NCBI GenBank assembly: GCA_902625845.1
Contig: CACOCT010000004.1
Coordinates: 2,778 to 66,777, forward strand
Direction: 5' to 3'
DNA from: an uncultured Prochlorococcus sp.
GTDB lineage: Bacteria; Cyanobacteriota; Cyanobacteriia; PCC-6307; Cyanobiaceae
Length of the DNA: 64,000 nucleotides
The translations under genes and the position numbers were made by a program. Below are positions 32,707-43,824 of the stretch, in pieces. Numbering within the stretch: position 1 is the stretch's first letter; every line of letters begins with the position of its first letter. The notes below the pieces were generated by a model. It searched no databases. It had not been told where the DNA came from and worked only from the letters and a program-made list of their open reading frames with translations.

Positions 32707-34080
32707 ATGGATAAGTTAGAGGTTAATTCCACCATAGAAAATCTCGTAATTATAGGATCTGGTCCTGCAGGCTACACAGCAGCGATTTACGCTTCTAGAG
32801 CTAATTTACAACCATTACTTGTTACAGGCTTTTCTTCAGGAGGAATTCCAGGAGGCCAGTTAATGACTACTACTTTTGTTGAAAACTATCCAGGCTTTCC
32901 AGATGGTGTAATGGGTCCAGAATTAATGGATCTAATGAAAGCGCAAGCTGTAAGGTGGGGAACAAAACTGATTGAAAGTGATGTTAGTTCTATTGATGTC
33001 AACAAAAGACCTTTTGAGATAAAAACACTTGAAGAGAAAATAAAGGCAAATTCAATCATTATCGCTACAGGTGCAAGTGCTAATAGATTAGGAATCAAAA
33101 ATGAAGAACTTTTTTGGAGCAAAGGGATAAGTGCTTGTGCAATTTGTGATGGAGCAACTCCTCAATTCAGAGATGCTGAACTCGCAGTAGTAGGTGGAGG
33201 AGATTCAGCATGCGAAGAAGCTGTTTACCTCACTAAATATGGAAGCAAAGTACATTTGATCGTTAGATCAAATAAATTGAGAGCCAGTGCAGCTATGGCA
33301 GATAGAGTATTGGCTAATTCTAAAATAACAATCCATTGGAATACTTCCTTAGTAGAAGCGATTGGGAATGATTGGTTAGAAAAAATAAAGGTAAAATCTC
33401 TTAATTCAAAAAATAAAGATATTGAAGTAAAGGGACTCTTTTACGCAATTGGTCATACACCAAACACAAGTTTTCTTGATCAACAAATATCAATTGATGA
33501 AAGAGGTTATATAAAATGTAATCCAGGTAGGCCTGAAACTTCTACGGAAGGTATTTTCGCTGCTGGAGATGTTGCTGACTCTGAATGGAGGCAAGGAGTA
33601 ACAGCTGCTGGGAGTGGATGCATGGCCGCTTTAGCTGCAGAGAGATGGCTTACTGAAAAAGAGTTATCAATAACTATCAATAGAAAACAACCAGAGCCTG
33701 AAAAATCAGAATCTATAAAAGAAGAAGAGGAAGAAACAAATGAAGCAACTTTTGACTTTAATTCTCAATGGCAAAAAGGAAGTTATGCATTAAGAAAACT
33801 TTATCATGAGAGTTCAAAACCAATTTTAGTAATCTTTAGTTCACCAAGTTGCGGACCTTGCCATGTCCTCAAACCACAATTAAAAAGAGTAATTAATGAA
33901 CTTAACGGTGAAGTTCAAGGTATTGAAATAGATATAGATAAAGATCAAGACATTGCGAAACAAGCAGGTATTAATGGAACACCTACTGTTCAACTTTTCA
34001 AGGACAAACTCCTAAAAAGAGAATGGAAAGGTGTTAAGCAACGAAGCGAGTTTAAAGATGCAATTAAAACTCTAATTTAA
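32707..34080 (+). CDS. trxB: Thioredoxin reductase fused to a C-terminal thioredoxin (NTRC type)
   Basis: GSGPAG, CAIC and GGGDSA motifs, plus C-terminal CGPC. Confidence 0.93.
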   Translation: MDKLEVNSTIENLVIIGSGPAGYTAAIYASRANLQPLLVTGFSSGGIPGGQLMTTTFVENYPGFPDGVMGPELMDLMKAQAVRWGTKLIESDVSSIDVNKRPFEIKTLEEKIKANSIIIATGASANRLGIKNEELFWSKGISACAICDGATPQFRDAELAVVGGGDSACEEAVYLTKYGSKVHLIVRSNKLRASAAMADRVLANSKITIHWNTSLVEAIGNDWLEKIKVKSLNSKNKDIEVKGLFYAIGHTPNTSFLDQQISIDERGYIKCNPGRPETSTEGIFAAGDVADSEWRQGVTAAGSGCMAALAAERWLTEKELSITINRKQPEPEKSESIKEEEEETNEATFDFNSQWQKGSYALRKLYHESSKPILVIFSSPSCGPCHVLKPQLKRVINELNGEVQGIEIDIDKDQDIAKQAGINGTPTVQLFKDKLLKREWKGVKQRSEFKDAIKTLI

Positions 34081-34093
34081 AAAATTAAAAAAG

Positions 34094-34363
34094 TTATTTA
34101 TTCTTTTTTGTATTACCTTGCTTAGAGCCGGAAGGTCTTGTATTGCCACCAGCATTTCTTTCTCTATAAGTAATCCTACCTCTAGTAAGATCATAAGGAC
34201 TTATTTCAACTAACACTTTATCTCCTGCAAGAAGTTTTATTCTAAATTTTGTTAATTTTCCTGCAGCCCTACATAAGCATTGATGACCTTCAGGTTGCTC
34301 AAGTGTCACTAGATAAAAACCATTACCTTGTTCCTTTTCTATTACACCTGAAGTCTCAATCAT
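34094..34363 (-). CDS. infA: Translation initiation factor IF-1
   Basis: GDKVLVEISPYDLTRGRITYR. Confidence 0.95.
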   Translation of the reverse strand: MIETSGVIEKEQGNGFYLVTLEQPEGHQCLCRAAGKLTKFRIKLLAGDKVLVEISPYDLTRGRITYRERNAGGNTRPSGSKQGNTKKNK

Positions 34364-34453
34364 TAAAAATAACTTATTACTAACTAATATAGTATCAGAA
34401 AAAAATTCATAAATTTACTATGAATGATAATAATTAAATCTAAAAGAGATTAT

Positions 34454-34669
34454 TTAATTAGAAAATAATTTTATCTCATTTATTGTTTGCAATTGGCCGT
34501 AATAAAAATTTGCTTTAGCAATTTTATCTTTACTATCTAGTTGATCAAAGTAAACGAAGCCCAGAGTTTCCCAAAGAGACGATTCGCAAACTTTATTTAA
34601 TTCTGAAGTGGCCTCTTCTGCTAGAAGATTCAACCTTCTTTCAAGGTTTTTTGACTTAGAAAGTGACAA
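34454..34669 (-). CDS. Small hypothetical protein
   Basis: 71 aa ORF co-oriented with its neighbours; AKANFYYGQ. Confidence 0.65.
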   Translation of the reverse strand: MSLSKSKNLERRLNLLAEEATSELNKVCESSLWETLGFVYFDQLDSKDKIAKANFYYGQLQTINEIKLFSN

Positions 34670-34721
34670 TGTTAATTTTATTACTAGTACAAATATACTA
34701 TAAATTCATCTTAATGCAACT

Positions 34722-35684
34722 TTAAAATGGTAATCTTTTTTTCTCTTCTAAATCCAGGTCAACTTCCATTTCTTTTAATCTCTTTAATATTTGCTCGTAA
34801 TATTCTTTCAAATAATTGTCGAGAGAAGTTAGATCGGAATTTTTCATCTCTAGCAATTCAAGAGTTTTTGACATGTCAGCATTTAATTCCTTACCGCTAC
34901 TAGTTACTTCAGCGAATGCAAGTCTTTCCGAAACATTTAAAGAGTCTTCAAAAAAAGAAACTGCAGACTGAGTCGCTTTAAGTATGAAATCAGCCACTCT
35001 AAAAACTTTTGCTTTTTTATTACTATACTTCTCACACAATGAAATTATTTCATTTGGATTCCAAGCTTTAGGCCCCACAAGTGGGAGTGTCAATCTAAAT
35101 GTATTTGAATTTTCAATAGAAGAAACTATAATATTTGCCATATCCTGAGTGTTTATATAAGCGATCTTGGTAGGAGCGCCACTCATCCAAACTGCCTGAC
35201 TATCTAATATGGGGATTGCAAATTGGCCAATAACTCCTTGCATAAAAGCTGCGCATTTAAATATGGTGTAATTAAATTCTGATTTTTCTAAAAGTTTTTC
35301 TGTACAAAACTTGACATCCATTAAAGGTACATTTCTAAATTCTTCAGTAAGAAGTATGGATAAGAAAATAATTCTCTTTACACCCTTTTTTTCACATTGA
35401 TTAAAAAGGTTTAGCTTCCCTTCCCAATCAGTCTCATAAATACTCTTACTATCATCTGGTCTACATGTGGCAGCATCTATAACTGCCTCTATATCCTGAA
35501 GTGCATAAGCAATATCATCTTTAATGAGTAAATCTCCCTTCGTTAATTCACAGCCCCATTCTTGTAAGAAAGATGCTTTCCTAGGATTTCTAACTATGCA
35601 TCTAACTTCATGGCCTTCTTGAACAGCCTTTTTAGCTATTTGTCTCCCGAGAGTACCAGTTGCTCCAACTAACAGAATCTTCAT
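34722..35684 (-). CDS. ycf39: Ycf39-like NAD(P)-binding SDR (PSII assembly)
   Basis: GATGTLGRQI, FLQEWGCEL and ERLAFAEV motifs. Confidence 0.88.
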   Translation of the reverse strand: MKILLVGATGTLGRQIAKKAVQEGHEVRCIVRNPRKASFLQEWGCELTKGDLLIKDDIAYALQDIEAVIDAATCRPDDSKSIYETDWEGKLNLFNQCEKKGVKRIIFLSILLTEEFRNVPLMDVKFCTEKLLEKSEFNYTIFKCAAFMQGVIGQFAIPILDSQAVWMSGAPTKIAYINTQDMANIIVSSIENSNTFRLTLPLVGPKAWNPNEIISLCEKYSNKKAKVFRVADFILKATQSAVSFFEDSLNVSERLAFAEVTSSGKELNADMSKTLELLEMKNSDLTSLDNYLKEYYEQILKRLKEMEVDLDLEEKKRLPF

Positions 35685-35742
35685 ATTAATGAATTTACTT
35701 AACCTTCAGACATTAACTTACTTTAAAGCAATTTCGCGAGAA

Positions 35743-35841
35743 TTAATCACCTTGGTATTTCAAAAGAAGAGCCCCCCCTATTAAACCAACAGGAATTAAA
35801 ACCCAAAATACAGCAGCTATGCTAAAAATTTCTTTTGCCAT
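35743..35841 (-). CDS. petM: Cytochrome b6f subunit 7
   Basis: Manual translation [32 protein letters not shown]; adjacent to ycf39. Confidence 0.92.
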   Translation of the reverse strand: MAKEIFSIAAVFWVLIPVGLIGGALLLKYQGD

Positions 35842-35958
35842 CAATAACAAGATTTGTATATTTTTATTATTGCATTTATTTTATTTAAAGATAGATAATA
35901 TATATATCTTTTAAATTAATTAATTAATTTACTAATTTATTGAAATTTATTTTGTTAG

Positions 35959-36903
35959 ATGATCTTAAAAATATCTTCAAAGAATAAAAGCTGCAACTAT
36001 TGGATTTGGAATGGTTTTAAAATCGCATGGTTTGTAGAAAACGAGAAAGAAAGTACATCTTTACTTTTTTTACATGGTTTTGGAGCAAATAAGTACCATT
36101 GGAGGAAAAATATTAAAAGTTTTGCAAAAAGTGGTTATTCAGTTTATTCTATGGATCTTTTGGGCTTTGGAGAATCTGATCAACCAGGTGTAAAAGAAAT
36201 TGGCAAATTAGATAACGGTATTTGGTGCGATCAAGTTACAGATTTTATAACTGATATTATAAGACCAATAAATACAAACAAAATAGTTTTAATTGGTAAT
36301 TCTCTTGGAGGATTAGTAGCATTAACTTGTGCTGTATCCATTCCAGAAGAAATTTCCGGAATAATTGCCTCTCCATTACCTGACCCTGTAGGTCTCAAAA
36401 TTAATAATTCTGATGATAAATCAAAATTTAAATCTATTAAATATAAATTAATAAAATTATTTGTAAGTTTAATCCCAATAGAAATTATCTTATTTGTAAT
36501 AGATAGATTTAAATTAATTTATTATTTTTTAAATTTTGCTTATCAAAAAAAAGAATTTATCGATAAAGAATTATTTAATTTAATTAGCATCCCTTCTAAA
36601 AGGCCATCAGCTGCAAGAGCACTAAGGGCAATGTGTTTAGGGATGGCTACTAGATCAAATAAATTAAAATCATCTTTTTTATTAAAAGTTATTAGTGATG
36701 TAAAGAAAGTACCTTTCCTTCTAATATGGGGGGAAAAAGATAAATTTATTCCATTAAATTATGGGAAAAGGATTGCAAAACTCTTTCCATGGGTAGAATT
36801 AAAAGTAATACCAAATTCAGGTCATTGTGTGCATGATGAGGATCCTCAACTCTTTAATAAAATATCCAATGAATGGATTGAAGAATTAACAATTAAAAAA
36901 TAA
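35959..36903 (+). CDS. Alpha/beta hydrolase
   Basis: HGFGA, DLLGFG, GNSLGG and GHCVHDE motifs. Confidence 0.88.
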   Translation: MILKISSKNKSCNYWIWNGFKIAWFVENEKESTSLLFLHGFGANKYHWRKNIKSFAKSGYSVYSMDLLGFGESDQPGVKEIGKLDNGIWCDQVTDFITDIIRPINTNKIVLIGNSLGGLVALTCAVSIPEEISGIIASPLPDPVGLKINNSDDKSKFKSIKYKLIKLFVSLIPIEIILFVIDRFKLIYYFLNFAYQKKEFIDKELFNLISIPSKRPSAARALRAMCLGMATRSNKLKSSFLLKVISDVKKVPFLLIWGEKDKFIPLNYGKRIAKLFPWVELKVIPNSGHCVHDEDPQLFNKISNEWIEELTIKK

Positions 36904-37427
36904 TGAAACACACATTGTCAGTTTTAGTTGAAGATGAATCAGGAGCCTTAAGCAGAATCTCCGGATTATTTGCGAGAAGAGGGTTTAATATCGATAGTCT
37001 GGCTGTAGGTCCTGCAGAAACCAGGGGGATATCAAGATTGACAATGGTAGTCGAAGGAGATGATCAGACTTTACAACAAATGACAAAACAGCTCAATAAA
37101 TTATTTAACGTTCTTGGAGTCGCAGATTTATCCAACCTTGCCGCAGTAGAAAGAGAATTAATGCTACTTAAGGTATCAAGTAAGGAAGAGACAAGAGGTA
37201 AGATCCTTGAACTTGTTCAAGTTTTCAGAGCAAAAGTGGTAGATGTATCTGATATTGCTCTTACCCTTGAAGTAGTGGGAGACCCAGGCAAATTAGTTGC
37301 TTTAGAAAAATTACTTGAGCCATATGGGATTTTAGAGATTGCAAGAACGGGTAAAATAGCATTAAAAAGATCATCAGGAGTTAATACTGAAATGCTAAAG
37401 ATTAATAAATATAGTTTTGATATTTAA
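36903..37427 (+). CDS. ilvH: Acetolactate synthase small subunit (ilvH/ilvN)
   Basis: [13 protein letters not shown] and ERELMLLK motifs. Confidence 0.95.
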   Translation: MKHTLSVLVEDESGALSRISGLFARRGFNIDSLAVGPAETRGISRLTMVVEGDDQTLQQMTKQLNKLFNVLGVADLSNLAAVERELMLLKVSSKEETRGKILELVQVFRAKVVDVSDIALTLEVVGDPGKLVALEKLLEPYGILEIARTGKIALKRSSGVNTEMLKINKYSFDI

Positions 37428-38041
37428 TTAAGCTCAATTTTTTTTATCAAATCATTTTTATCAATTTTATCTAAAATTTCTAAACCACTTATAACTCTTC
37501 CAAAAATAGTATACCTACCATCAAACTCTGGCAGATTGTTTAATGAGAAAAAGAATTCAGTTGATGAAGATCTTTTTTCATTTATCTTTACCATTGATAT
37601 AGATCCTTTTTCAAAATTATGTTTTAAGTTTTTTATCTCCAGAGGGTTTATTATAGAAGTTTCATAAATTGGTTCTTTATTAATCAGTTTAATTTCAAGA
37701 GGAATAGAGTCAAATTTTTCTAAATCATTTATTTTCATTTGTCCGAAATCATTTAATTTATTTAAACCGTTGTAGATTAACTTATTACTTGAAAAGCTTA
37801 TTATTTTATAAAAATTTTTATTTACATAAATATTTTTTTTAACTTTAGATATAAAATTAGAGACTGTTACTGGGTGTGACTCTTCAAATAATTGAATCTT
37901 TAAGATACCTTTAGAAGTATAAAAAACGAGTATTTTTTCTTGTATGTCACAATTAAGAGTTAGTTTTTGACAAAAATATTCCGTATTTTTTTCATCTTTA
38001 TATCCACAGCCATTGATCAAAAATAAAAAGACCGCACACAA
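37424..38041 (-). CDS. Cyclophilin-like lipoprotein (degenerate PPIase)
   Basis: PVTVSNF, SSTEFFF and [10 protein letters not shown] motifs; INGC lipobox. Confidence 0.8.
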   Translation of the reverse strand: MCAVFLFLINGCGYKDEKNTEYFCQKLTLNCDIQEKILVFYTSKGILKIQLFEESHPVTVSNFISKVKKNIYVNKNFYKIISFSSNKLIYNGLNKLNDFGQMKINDLEKFDSIPLEIKLINKEPIYETSIINPLEIKNLKHNFEKGSISMVKINEKRSSSTEFFFSLNNLPEFDGRYTIFGRVISGLEILDKIDKNDLIKKIELN

Positions 38042-38070
38042 AAATTTATTGGTAAATTTTCTTGTTAAAT

Positions 38071-38628
38071 TTATTTTATTCCCTCCAAGTTTACACTTAG
38101 AAACTTAGCTAATCTTGCACCCTCTTCCTCTACTTCTAAAAGGGGTTTTAAATCTCCAGCACTACTAAGAGGGAGAATTTTTCTTCTACCTTTTAAAACT
38201 AGCCCAATCCTTCTTCGAGGATTAAAACCTTCACTAATATCTAATTTTACTGATTTAATTTCATCAAAACTTATATTGACATCAATATCTTTGAATAAAC
38301 CTTTTCTTTTTATTAAAACCATTTTTGAACTTTTGTCAAAACTATTAAAACCAGATCCAAAATTTATAAAGACCATGTACCAAAGATATATATTCAATAG
38401 ATTTGCAATAACACCATATGCACCCATTATTAATCCTTGAGGGACAAATAATAATGTTGAAGGATTCCCTAGAGGCAATAAATCTTTACCTGTATAGCTT
38501 GATATGGATGCGAGAATAAATCCAACCCCGCCTATCGTTAACATTCCACCAACTATATAATTTGAGAGTTTTCTTGAACCATTTATTTTTTGCTCTATTG
38601 TTGCTAGAGAAGAAAAATCATTATTCAT
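38071..38628 (-). CDS. ycf4: Photosystem I assembly protein Ycf4
   Basis: GSRKLSNY, FVPQG and LAKFL motifs; divergent from psbD. Confidence 0.93.
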   Translation of the reverse strand: MNNDFSSLATIEQKINGSRKLSNYIVGGMLTIGGVGFILASISSYTGKDLLPLGNPSTLLFVPQGLIMGAYGVIANLLNIYLWYMVFINFGSGFNSFDKSSKMVLIKRKGLFKDIDVNISFDEIKSVKLDISEGFNPRRRIGLVLKGRRKILPLSSAGDLKPLLEVEEEGARLAKFLSVNLEGIK

Positions 38629-38719
38629 TAAATAACTACCTTGATTACCTACTTTTAATAATGTAACAAATTAAGACCAAGTATTAATACTCAATTTTAA
38701 CTAAAATGGTTAGGAAAGC

Positions 38720-38737
38720 TTTACAAGGCGTTTCATA
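38720..38737 (+). promoter_or_regulatory. HLR1-like (RpaB) direct repeat upstream of psbD
   Basis: TTTACAAG-GC-GTTTCATA resembles the (G/T)TTACA(T/A)(T/A)-N2 repeat. Confidence 0.45.
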
Positions 38738-38813
38738 TATAAAAATATTTCCCCACTTTACCCACAATTTTTGTTAAAGTCTCAGCGTATCCCGAAGCTA
38801 AAAACGTTTTCTC

Positions 38814-39890
38814 ATGACGATCGCCGTTGGAAGCGCACCACAAAGAGGATGGTTTGATGTCCTCGATGACTGGTTAAAGCGCGACCGGTTTGTATTTATT
38901 GGTTGGTCCGGATTATTGCTTCTACCATGTGCATTTTTATCGATTGGTGGATGGTTTACCGGAACAACATTTGTAACCTCTTGGTACACACATGGAGTAG
39001 CAAGCTCCTACCTTGAAGGTTGTAATTTTTTAACAGCAGCTGTTAGTACCCCTGGAGATGCCATGGGTCATAGTCTTCTGTTCTTGTGGGGTCCTGAAGC
39101 CCAAGGTAGCTTTGTTAGATGGCTACAACTTGGTGGTCTTTGGAACTTCGTCGCATTACACGGAGTATTTGGTCTAATAGGCTTTATGCTACGTCAGTTT
39201 GAAATTGCAGGTCTTGTTGGTATCAGACCTTACAACGCACTAGCATTTTCAGCTGTAATTGCTGTCTTCACAAGTATTTTCCTTATTTATCCTTTAGGAC
39301 AACATAGTTGGTTCTTTGCCCCATCATTTGGTGTAGCAGCTATTTTCCGTTATATCCTATTTATTCAAGGCTTCCATAACATTACACTTAATCCATTTCA
39401 CATGATGGGTGTAGCAGGAATTCTTGGTGGTGCATTATTATGTGCTATTCACGGAGCAACAGTACAGAATACTCTTTACGAAGATTCAAGTATTTACACA
39501 GATGGAAAAGTTCAAAGTACTACATTTAGAGCTTTTGATCCTACACAAGAAGAAGAAACCTATTCAATGATTACAGCGAATAGATTTTGGAGCCAAATAT
39601 TTGGTATTGCTTTCTCTAACAAGCGTTTCCTTCACTTCTTAATGTTATTTGTTCCTGTAATGGGAATGTGGACTTCATCAATTGGTATTGTTGGACTTGC
39701 ACTTAACCTAAGAGCTTATGATTTCGTAAGCCAAGAAATCCGTGCAGCAGAAGATCCTGAATTTGAAACTTTCTATACAAAAAATATACTTTTGAATGAA
39801 GGTATGAGAGCATGGATGTCATCTGTGGATCAGCCACACGAAAACTTTGTATTCCCTGAGGAGGTTCTTCCACGTGGAAACGCCCTTTAA
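38814..39890 (+). CDS. psbD: Photosystem II D2 protein
   Basis: DDWLKRDRF...[10 protein letters not shown], with the Prochlorococcus-type insertion [10 protein letters not shown]. Confidence 0.99.
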   Translation: MTIAVGSAPQRGWFDVLDDWLKRDRFVFIGWSGLLLLPCAFLSIGGWFTGTTFVTSWYTHGVASSYLEGCNFLTAAVSTPGDAMGHSLLFLWGPEAQGSFVRWLQLGGLWNFVALHGVFGLIGFMLRQFEIAGLVGIRPYNALAFSAVIAVFTSIFLIYPLGQHSWFFAPSFGVAAIFRYILFIQGFHNITLNPFHMMGVAGILGGALLCAIHGATVQNTLYEDSSIYTDGKVQSTTFRAFDPTQEEETYSMITANRFWSQIFGIAFSNKRFLHFLMLFVPVMGMWTSSIGIVGLALNLRAYDFVSQEIRAAEDPEFETFYTKNILLNEGMRAWMSSVDQPHENFVFPEEVLPRGNAL

Positions 39891-41256
39891 TAATTTACTA
39901 AGAGCTCCTAATCAGAGTATTGAAGAAACTGGTTACGCTTGGTATGTGGGTAACGCCAGATTAATTAATTTATCTGGTCGTTTACTTGGAGCTCACATTG
40001 CACACTCTGGTCTAATTGTATTTTGGGCTGGTGCAATGATGTTATTTGAAGTAAATCACTTCACTTTTGATAAGCCTATGTGGGAGCAAGGTTTAATATG
40101 CATGCCCCACGTAGCTATGTTCGGTTATGGAATAGGCCCTGGTGGTGAAGTAACTGATATAATGCCTTTCTTCCAAGCAGGAGTTGTTCATTTAATTGCA
40201 TCAGCTGTGCTTGGCTTTGGAGGTATTTATCATTCACTAGCAGGTCCTGAAAAGCTAGAACAAGATTTCCCTTTCTTTTCTACCGATTGGAGAGATAAAA
40301 ATCAGATGACTAATATCCTTGGATATCATCTAATTGTTCTAGGTGTAGGAGCACTTGCTTGGTCAGTAAACTGGTGTTTCATAGGCGGTGCATATGATAC
40401 ATGGGCCCCTGGTGGTGGTGAAGTTAGATTAATCAATCCAACTTTGGACCCTCGAATTATTCTTGGATATCTCTTTAGATCTCCTTGGGGTGGTTCAGGA
40501 TCTATCATTGGAGTTAATTCCATGGAAGACATTGTTGGTGGACATGTTTACGTTGGTGTAACCGCTATCATTGGTGGTGTATTCCACATTTTCACCGAAC
40601 CATTTGGCTGGGCAAGAAGAGCATTTATCTGGAATGGTGAAGGCTTATTAAGTTACGCTTTAGGCGGAATTTGTGTTGCTAGTTTCATAGCTTCAACATT
40701 TATTTGGTTTAACAACACAGCATATCCTTCAGAATTCTATGGTCCGACAAACGCTGAAGCTTCACAAGCACAGAGTTTTACTTTCTTAGTTAGAGACCAG
40801 AGAATAGGAGCTAATGTTGGATCAACAATGGGGCCTACAGGTCTTGGTAAATATCTTATGAGATCACCCACAGGAGAAATTATCTTTGGTGGAGAGACTA
40901 TGAGATTTTGGGACTTCAGAGGCCCATGGTTAGAGCCACTTAGAGGCCCTAACGGATTAAGTCTAGAAAAAATACAAAATGATATTCAGCCATGGCAAGT
41001 TAGAAGAGCTGCTGAATACATGACTCATGCTCCTAATGCTTCAATCAACTCTGTTGGTGGAATTATTACTGAGCCTAATGCTGTTAACTTTGTTAACTTA
41101 AGACAATGGTTAGCTGCCGCTCAATTCTTCTTAGGCTGGTTTACTTTCATAGGACACCTATGGCATGCTGGACGAGCTAGAGCTGCTGCTGCTGGTTTTG
41201 AAAAAGGTATTGACAGAAATGACGAACCAGCATTAGAAATGCCTGATCTAGATTAA
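39874..41256 (+). CDS. psbC: Photosystem II CP43
   Basis: GTG start overlapping psbD after GAGGAGG; [10 protein letters not shown] and GETMRFWD motifs. Confidence 0.98.
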   Translation: METPFNNLLRAPNQSIEETGYAWYVGNARLINLSGRLLGAHIAHSGLIVFWAGAMMLFEVNHFTFDKPMWEQGLICMPHVAMFGYGIGPGGEVTDIMPFFQAGVVHLIASAVLGFGGIYHSLAGPEKLEQDFPFFSTDWRDKNQMTNILGYHLIVLGVGALAWSVNWCFIGGAYDTWAPGGGEVRLINPTLDPRIILGYLFRSPWGGSGSIIGVNSMEDIVGGHVYVGVTAIIGGVFHIFTEPFGWARRAFIWNGEGLLSYALGGICVASFIASTFIWFNNTAYPSEFYGPTNAEASQAQSFTFLVRDQRIGANVGSTMGPTGLGKYLMRSPTGEIIFGGETMRFWDFRGPWLEPLRGPNGLSLEKIQNDIQPWQVRRAAEYMTHAPNASINSVGGIITEPNAVNFVNLRQWLAAAQFFLGWFTFIGHLWHAGRARAAAAGFEKGIDRNDEPALEMPDLD

Positions 41257-41278
41257 ATTTTATAATTTAATCAAAACT

Positions 41279-41304
41279 AAAACCCCCTAATAGGGGTTTT
41301 TTTT
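41279..41304 (+). terminator. Intrinsic terminator of psbDC
   Basis: AAAACCCC...GGGGTTTT stem followed by a T run. Confidence 0.8.
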
Positions 41305-41346
41305 ATGTCAAAATTTATTTTTCAAAAAGCTATGTGAGAAAAATAT

Positions 41347-41973
41347 TTATATCATAATTCCTTCTTCAAACATTTCATTTCTCAGCCAAGGTAAACTTAA
41401 TCCCATAATATTACTAACACATCCTTCTATCTTCTCAATAAATTTACCACCTTTTCCTTCCAGAGCAAATCCTCCCGCACAATTAAGAGGTTCAAAGGTA
41501 TCTACATATTTTATAATTTCTTTAATATGCAATTGTGAAAAAAATATCTTAGAGCTTATTGTCTTTTTAACTTCCTTTTTAACAATTATTTTTGAACTAT
41601 TATTTTTTAATTCACAGAATAATAGTGTATGACCAGAATGCAAAATTCCACAATTTGAAGACATATTTAACCACCTTTGATATGCATTTTCTTTATCTTT
41701 TGGCTTCCCAAAAGCTTTTCCATTAAGTTCAAAAATTGAATCACAACCAAGGATTTCAACATTTGATAAATTAAGATTTTTTTTTAAGTTAATCTCTTTT
41801 ATACTATTTTTAATTATTTGAGCTTTTGAAGAAGATAATTTAAGAGCTAAATTCCCTATATTTTCTTCTTTGATTAAGGATTCATCTAGAGAACTTGATA
41901 ATTGAATAAACTTTATATCAGAATTTTTGAGCAAATTCCTCCTTGATTCAGAAGCAGAAGCTAGAATTAACAC
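41347..41973 (-). CDS. maf: Maf nucleotide pyrophosphatase
   Basis: LILASAS..RR, GCDS, GKP, CAGGF and GLSL motifs. Confidence 0.9.
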   Translation of the reverse strand: MLILASASESRRNLLKNSDIKFIQLSSSLDESLIKEENIGNLALKLSSSKAQIIKNSIKEINLKKNLNLSNVEILGCDSIFELNGKAFGKPKDKENAYQRWLNMSSNCGILHSGHTLLFCELKNNSSKIIVKKEVKKTISSKIFFSQLHIKEIIKYVDTFEPLNCAGGFALEGKGGKFIEKIEGCVSNIMGLSLPWLRNEMFEEGIMI

Positions 41974-42041
41974 AATTAGCTAAATAAATTTATTAATGAG
42001 TCTCTAGCCTAATAAATATAGAATAAATTATCAATTTAAAT

Positions 42042-43571
42042 ATGCATTTTAAAGAAAGATTAAAAACAAAAAATATCTCCATTATGGTTCTTGGGACCTC
42101 TAGCGGAGTGGGAAAATCAATTACTGTTACAGCTATCTGCAGAATTTTAAGAGATTTAGGTGAACAACCAGTTCCTTTTAAAGGACAAAATATGAGTAAC
42201 AATGCGTGGGTAGATACGGAAGGTGGAGAGATGGCTTTTTCTCAAGCATTACAAGCATTTGCATCAAGAAAAACTCCCTCATCAGAAATGAATCCTATTT
42301 TACTTAAACCGCAAGGAAATTCAACAAGTGAGGTTATTCATTTGGGAAGAAGCGTAGGCATTACAACCGCAAGAAATTATTATCAAAATTGGTTTAAATT
42401 AGGTTGGGAAATCATAAAAAAAGGATTACATAAAATTATCGAAAAAGATGAAAATTGCAGACTTATTATTGAAGGTGCAGGTAGCCCTGTCGAAATGAAT
42501 TTAATACATAGAGATCTTACTAACTTAAGGATTGCAAAATATCTTGAAGCAAATTGTATTTTAGTTGCAGATATAGAGAGAGGTGGAGTTTTTGCTCAAA
42601 TAATTGGAACTCTAGAATTATTAAAACCAGATGAAAAGAAACTGATCAAAGGTATCATAATAAATCGATTTAGAGGGGATCTCTCTTTATTTGAGGAAGG
42701 GAAAAAATGGATTGAAAATAAAACTAAGATCCCTGTCTTAGGCATATTGCCATCTTTAAATGAGATTTTTCCACCTGAAGATTCTTTAGACCTTTTAGAT
42801 AGAGTACCTTCTAAAAAAAGTGCAGCATTAGAAATCGGAATAATAAAGTTTCCATCAATAAGTAATTTTTCAGATTTAGACCCTTTAGAGAATGAAGCCT
42901 CTATTAATTTAAATTGGGTTAGAAATGGGCAGAATTTAGATAAATTTGATTTAATAATTCTCCCAGGAAGTAAACAAACTATTAAAGATATATTTTTCCT
43001 CCGTAAATCAGGACTTTTTAAAAATATTCAAGAATATTCAAAGAATAATGGAAATATTTTAGGTATTTGCGGTGGTTTGCAAATGCTTGGTAAATATCTA
43101 GAGGATCCATATTCAAAAGAAAGTTTTAAAACCTTGAAGAAAGGCTCAATTGAGGGGATTGGCCTACTACCCTTGAAAACAGTTTTTCTGGAGGCAAAAA
43201 CTACAAAAAGGATTAAGTCTCATTCGAATTGGCCATGCATCACTACAATAAAGGGCTTTGAAATTCATAATGGTATTTCTGAAATTATAAGCTCAGAAAA
43301 TAAAGACAATGTAAGCGAGATTTTTAGAAAAAATAAACTTGGTTGGTATATTGACAGTAAGAAAAAAGGATCAATTGCTGGTACATATATACATGGAATA
43401 TTTGAAAATGATCAGTGGAGATTAAACTACCTTAATTTATTAAGAGAAAAAAAAGGTATTCAAAAATTGGACAAAATTCATACCCCTTATAGAATTAAAA
43501 GAGAAGCAATTATTGACAATCTTGCTACTCAATTTAAAAAACACATTAACATTGAATCAATTTTATATTGA
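42042..43571 (+). CDS. cobQ: Cobyric acid synthase
   Basis: GTSSGVGKS, FKGQNMSNN, EGAGSP and GTYIHG motifs. Confidence 0.95.
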   Translation: MHFKERLKTKNISIMVLGTSSGVGKSITVTAICRILRDLGEQPVPFKGQNMSNNAWVDTEGGEMAFSQALQAFASRKTPSSEMNPILLKPQGNSTSEVIHLGRSVGITTARNYYQNWFKLGWEIIKKGLHKIIEKDENCRLIIEGAGSPVEMNLIHRDLTNLRIAKYLEANCILVADIERGGVFAQIIGTLELLKPDEKKLIKGIIINRFRGDLSLFEEGKKWIENKTKIPVLGILPSLNEIFPPEDSLDLLDRVPSKKSAALEIGIIKFPSISNFSDLDPLENEASINLNWVRNGQNLDKFDLIILPGSKQTIKDIFFLRKSGLFKNIQEYSKNNGNILGICGGLQMLGKYLEDPYSKESFKTLKKGSIEGIGLLPLKTVFLEAKTTKRIKSHSNWPCITTIKGFEIHNGISEIISSENKDNVSEIFRKNKLGWYIDSKKKGSIAGTYIHGIFENDQWRLNYLNLLREKKGIQKLDKIHTPYRIKREAIIDNLATQFKKHINIESILY

Positions 43572-43813
43572 ACAAAAAAAAATTAAAAATTTCTTGGCCA
43601 AATAAATTAATCACAACTGTAGAAGAAGGGGAAGATTGGTTTGTAAAGGCAAAAATGGCTGACTTTGAAATACCCACTGGATGCTTAATAGGAAAATGTG
43701 GTGCTTGCGAAATAGATGTAAATGGTGAAACAGTAAGACCTTGCATTAAAAGTATAGAGTACAGAAATAATACCAATTTAAATATTGAATTAACTAATGA
43801 TCCCTTTTGGTAA
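43568..43813 (+). CDS. Small 2Fe-2S ferredoxin-domain protein
   Basis: GCLIGKCGAC...C. Confidence 0.85.
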   Translation: MNKKKLKISWPNKLITTVEEGEDWFVKAKMADFEIPTGCLIGKCGACEIDVNGETVRPCIKSIEYRNNTNLNIELTNDPFW

Positions 43814-43824
43814 GGCAATATAAT

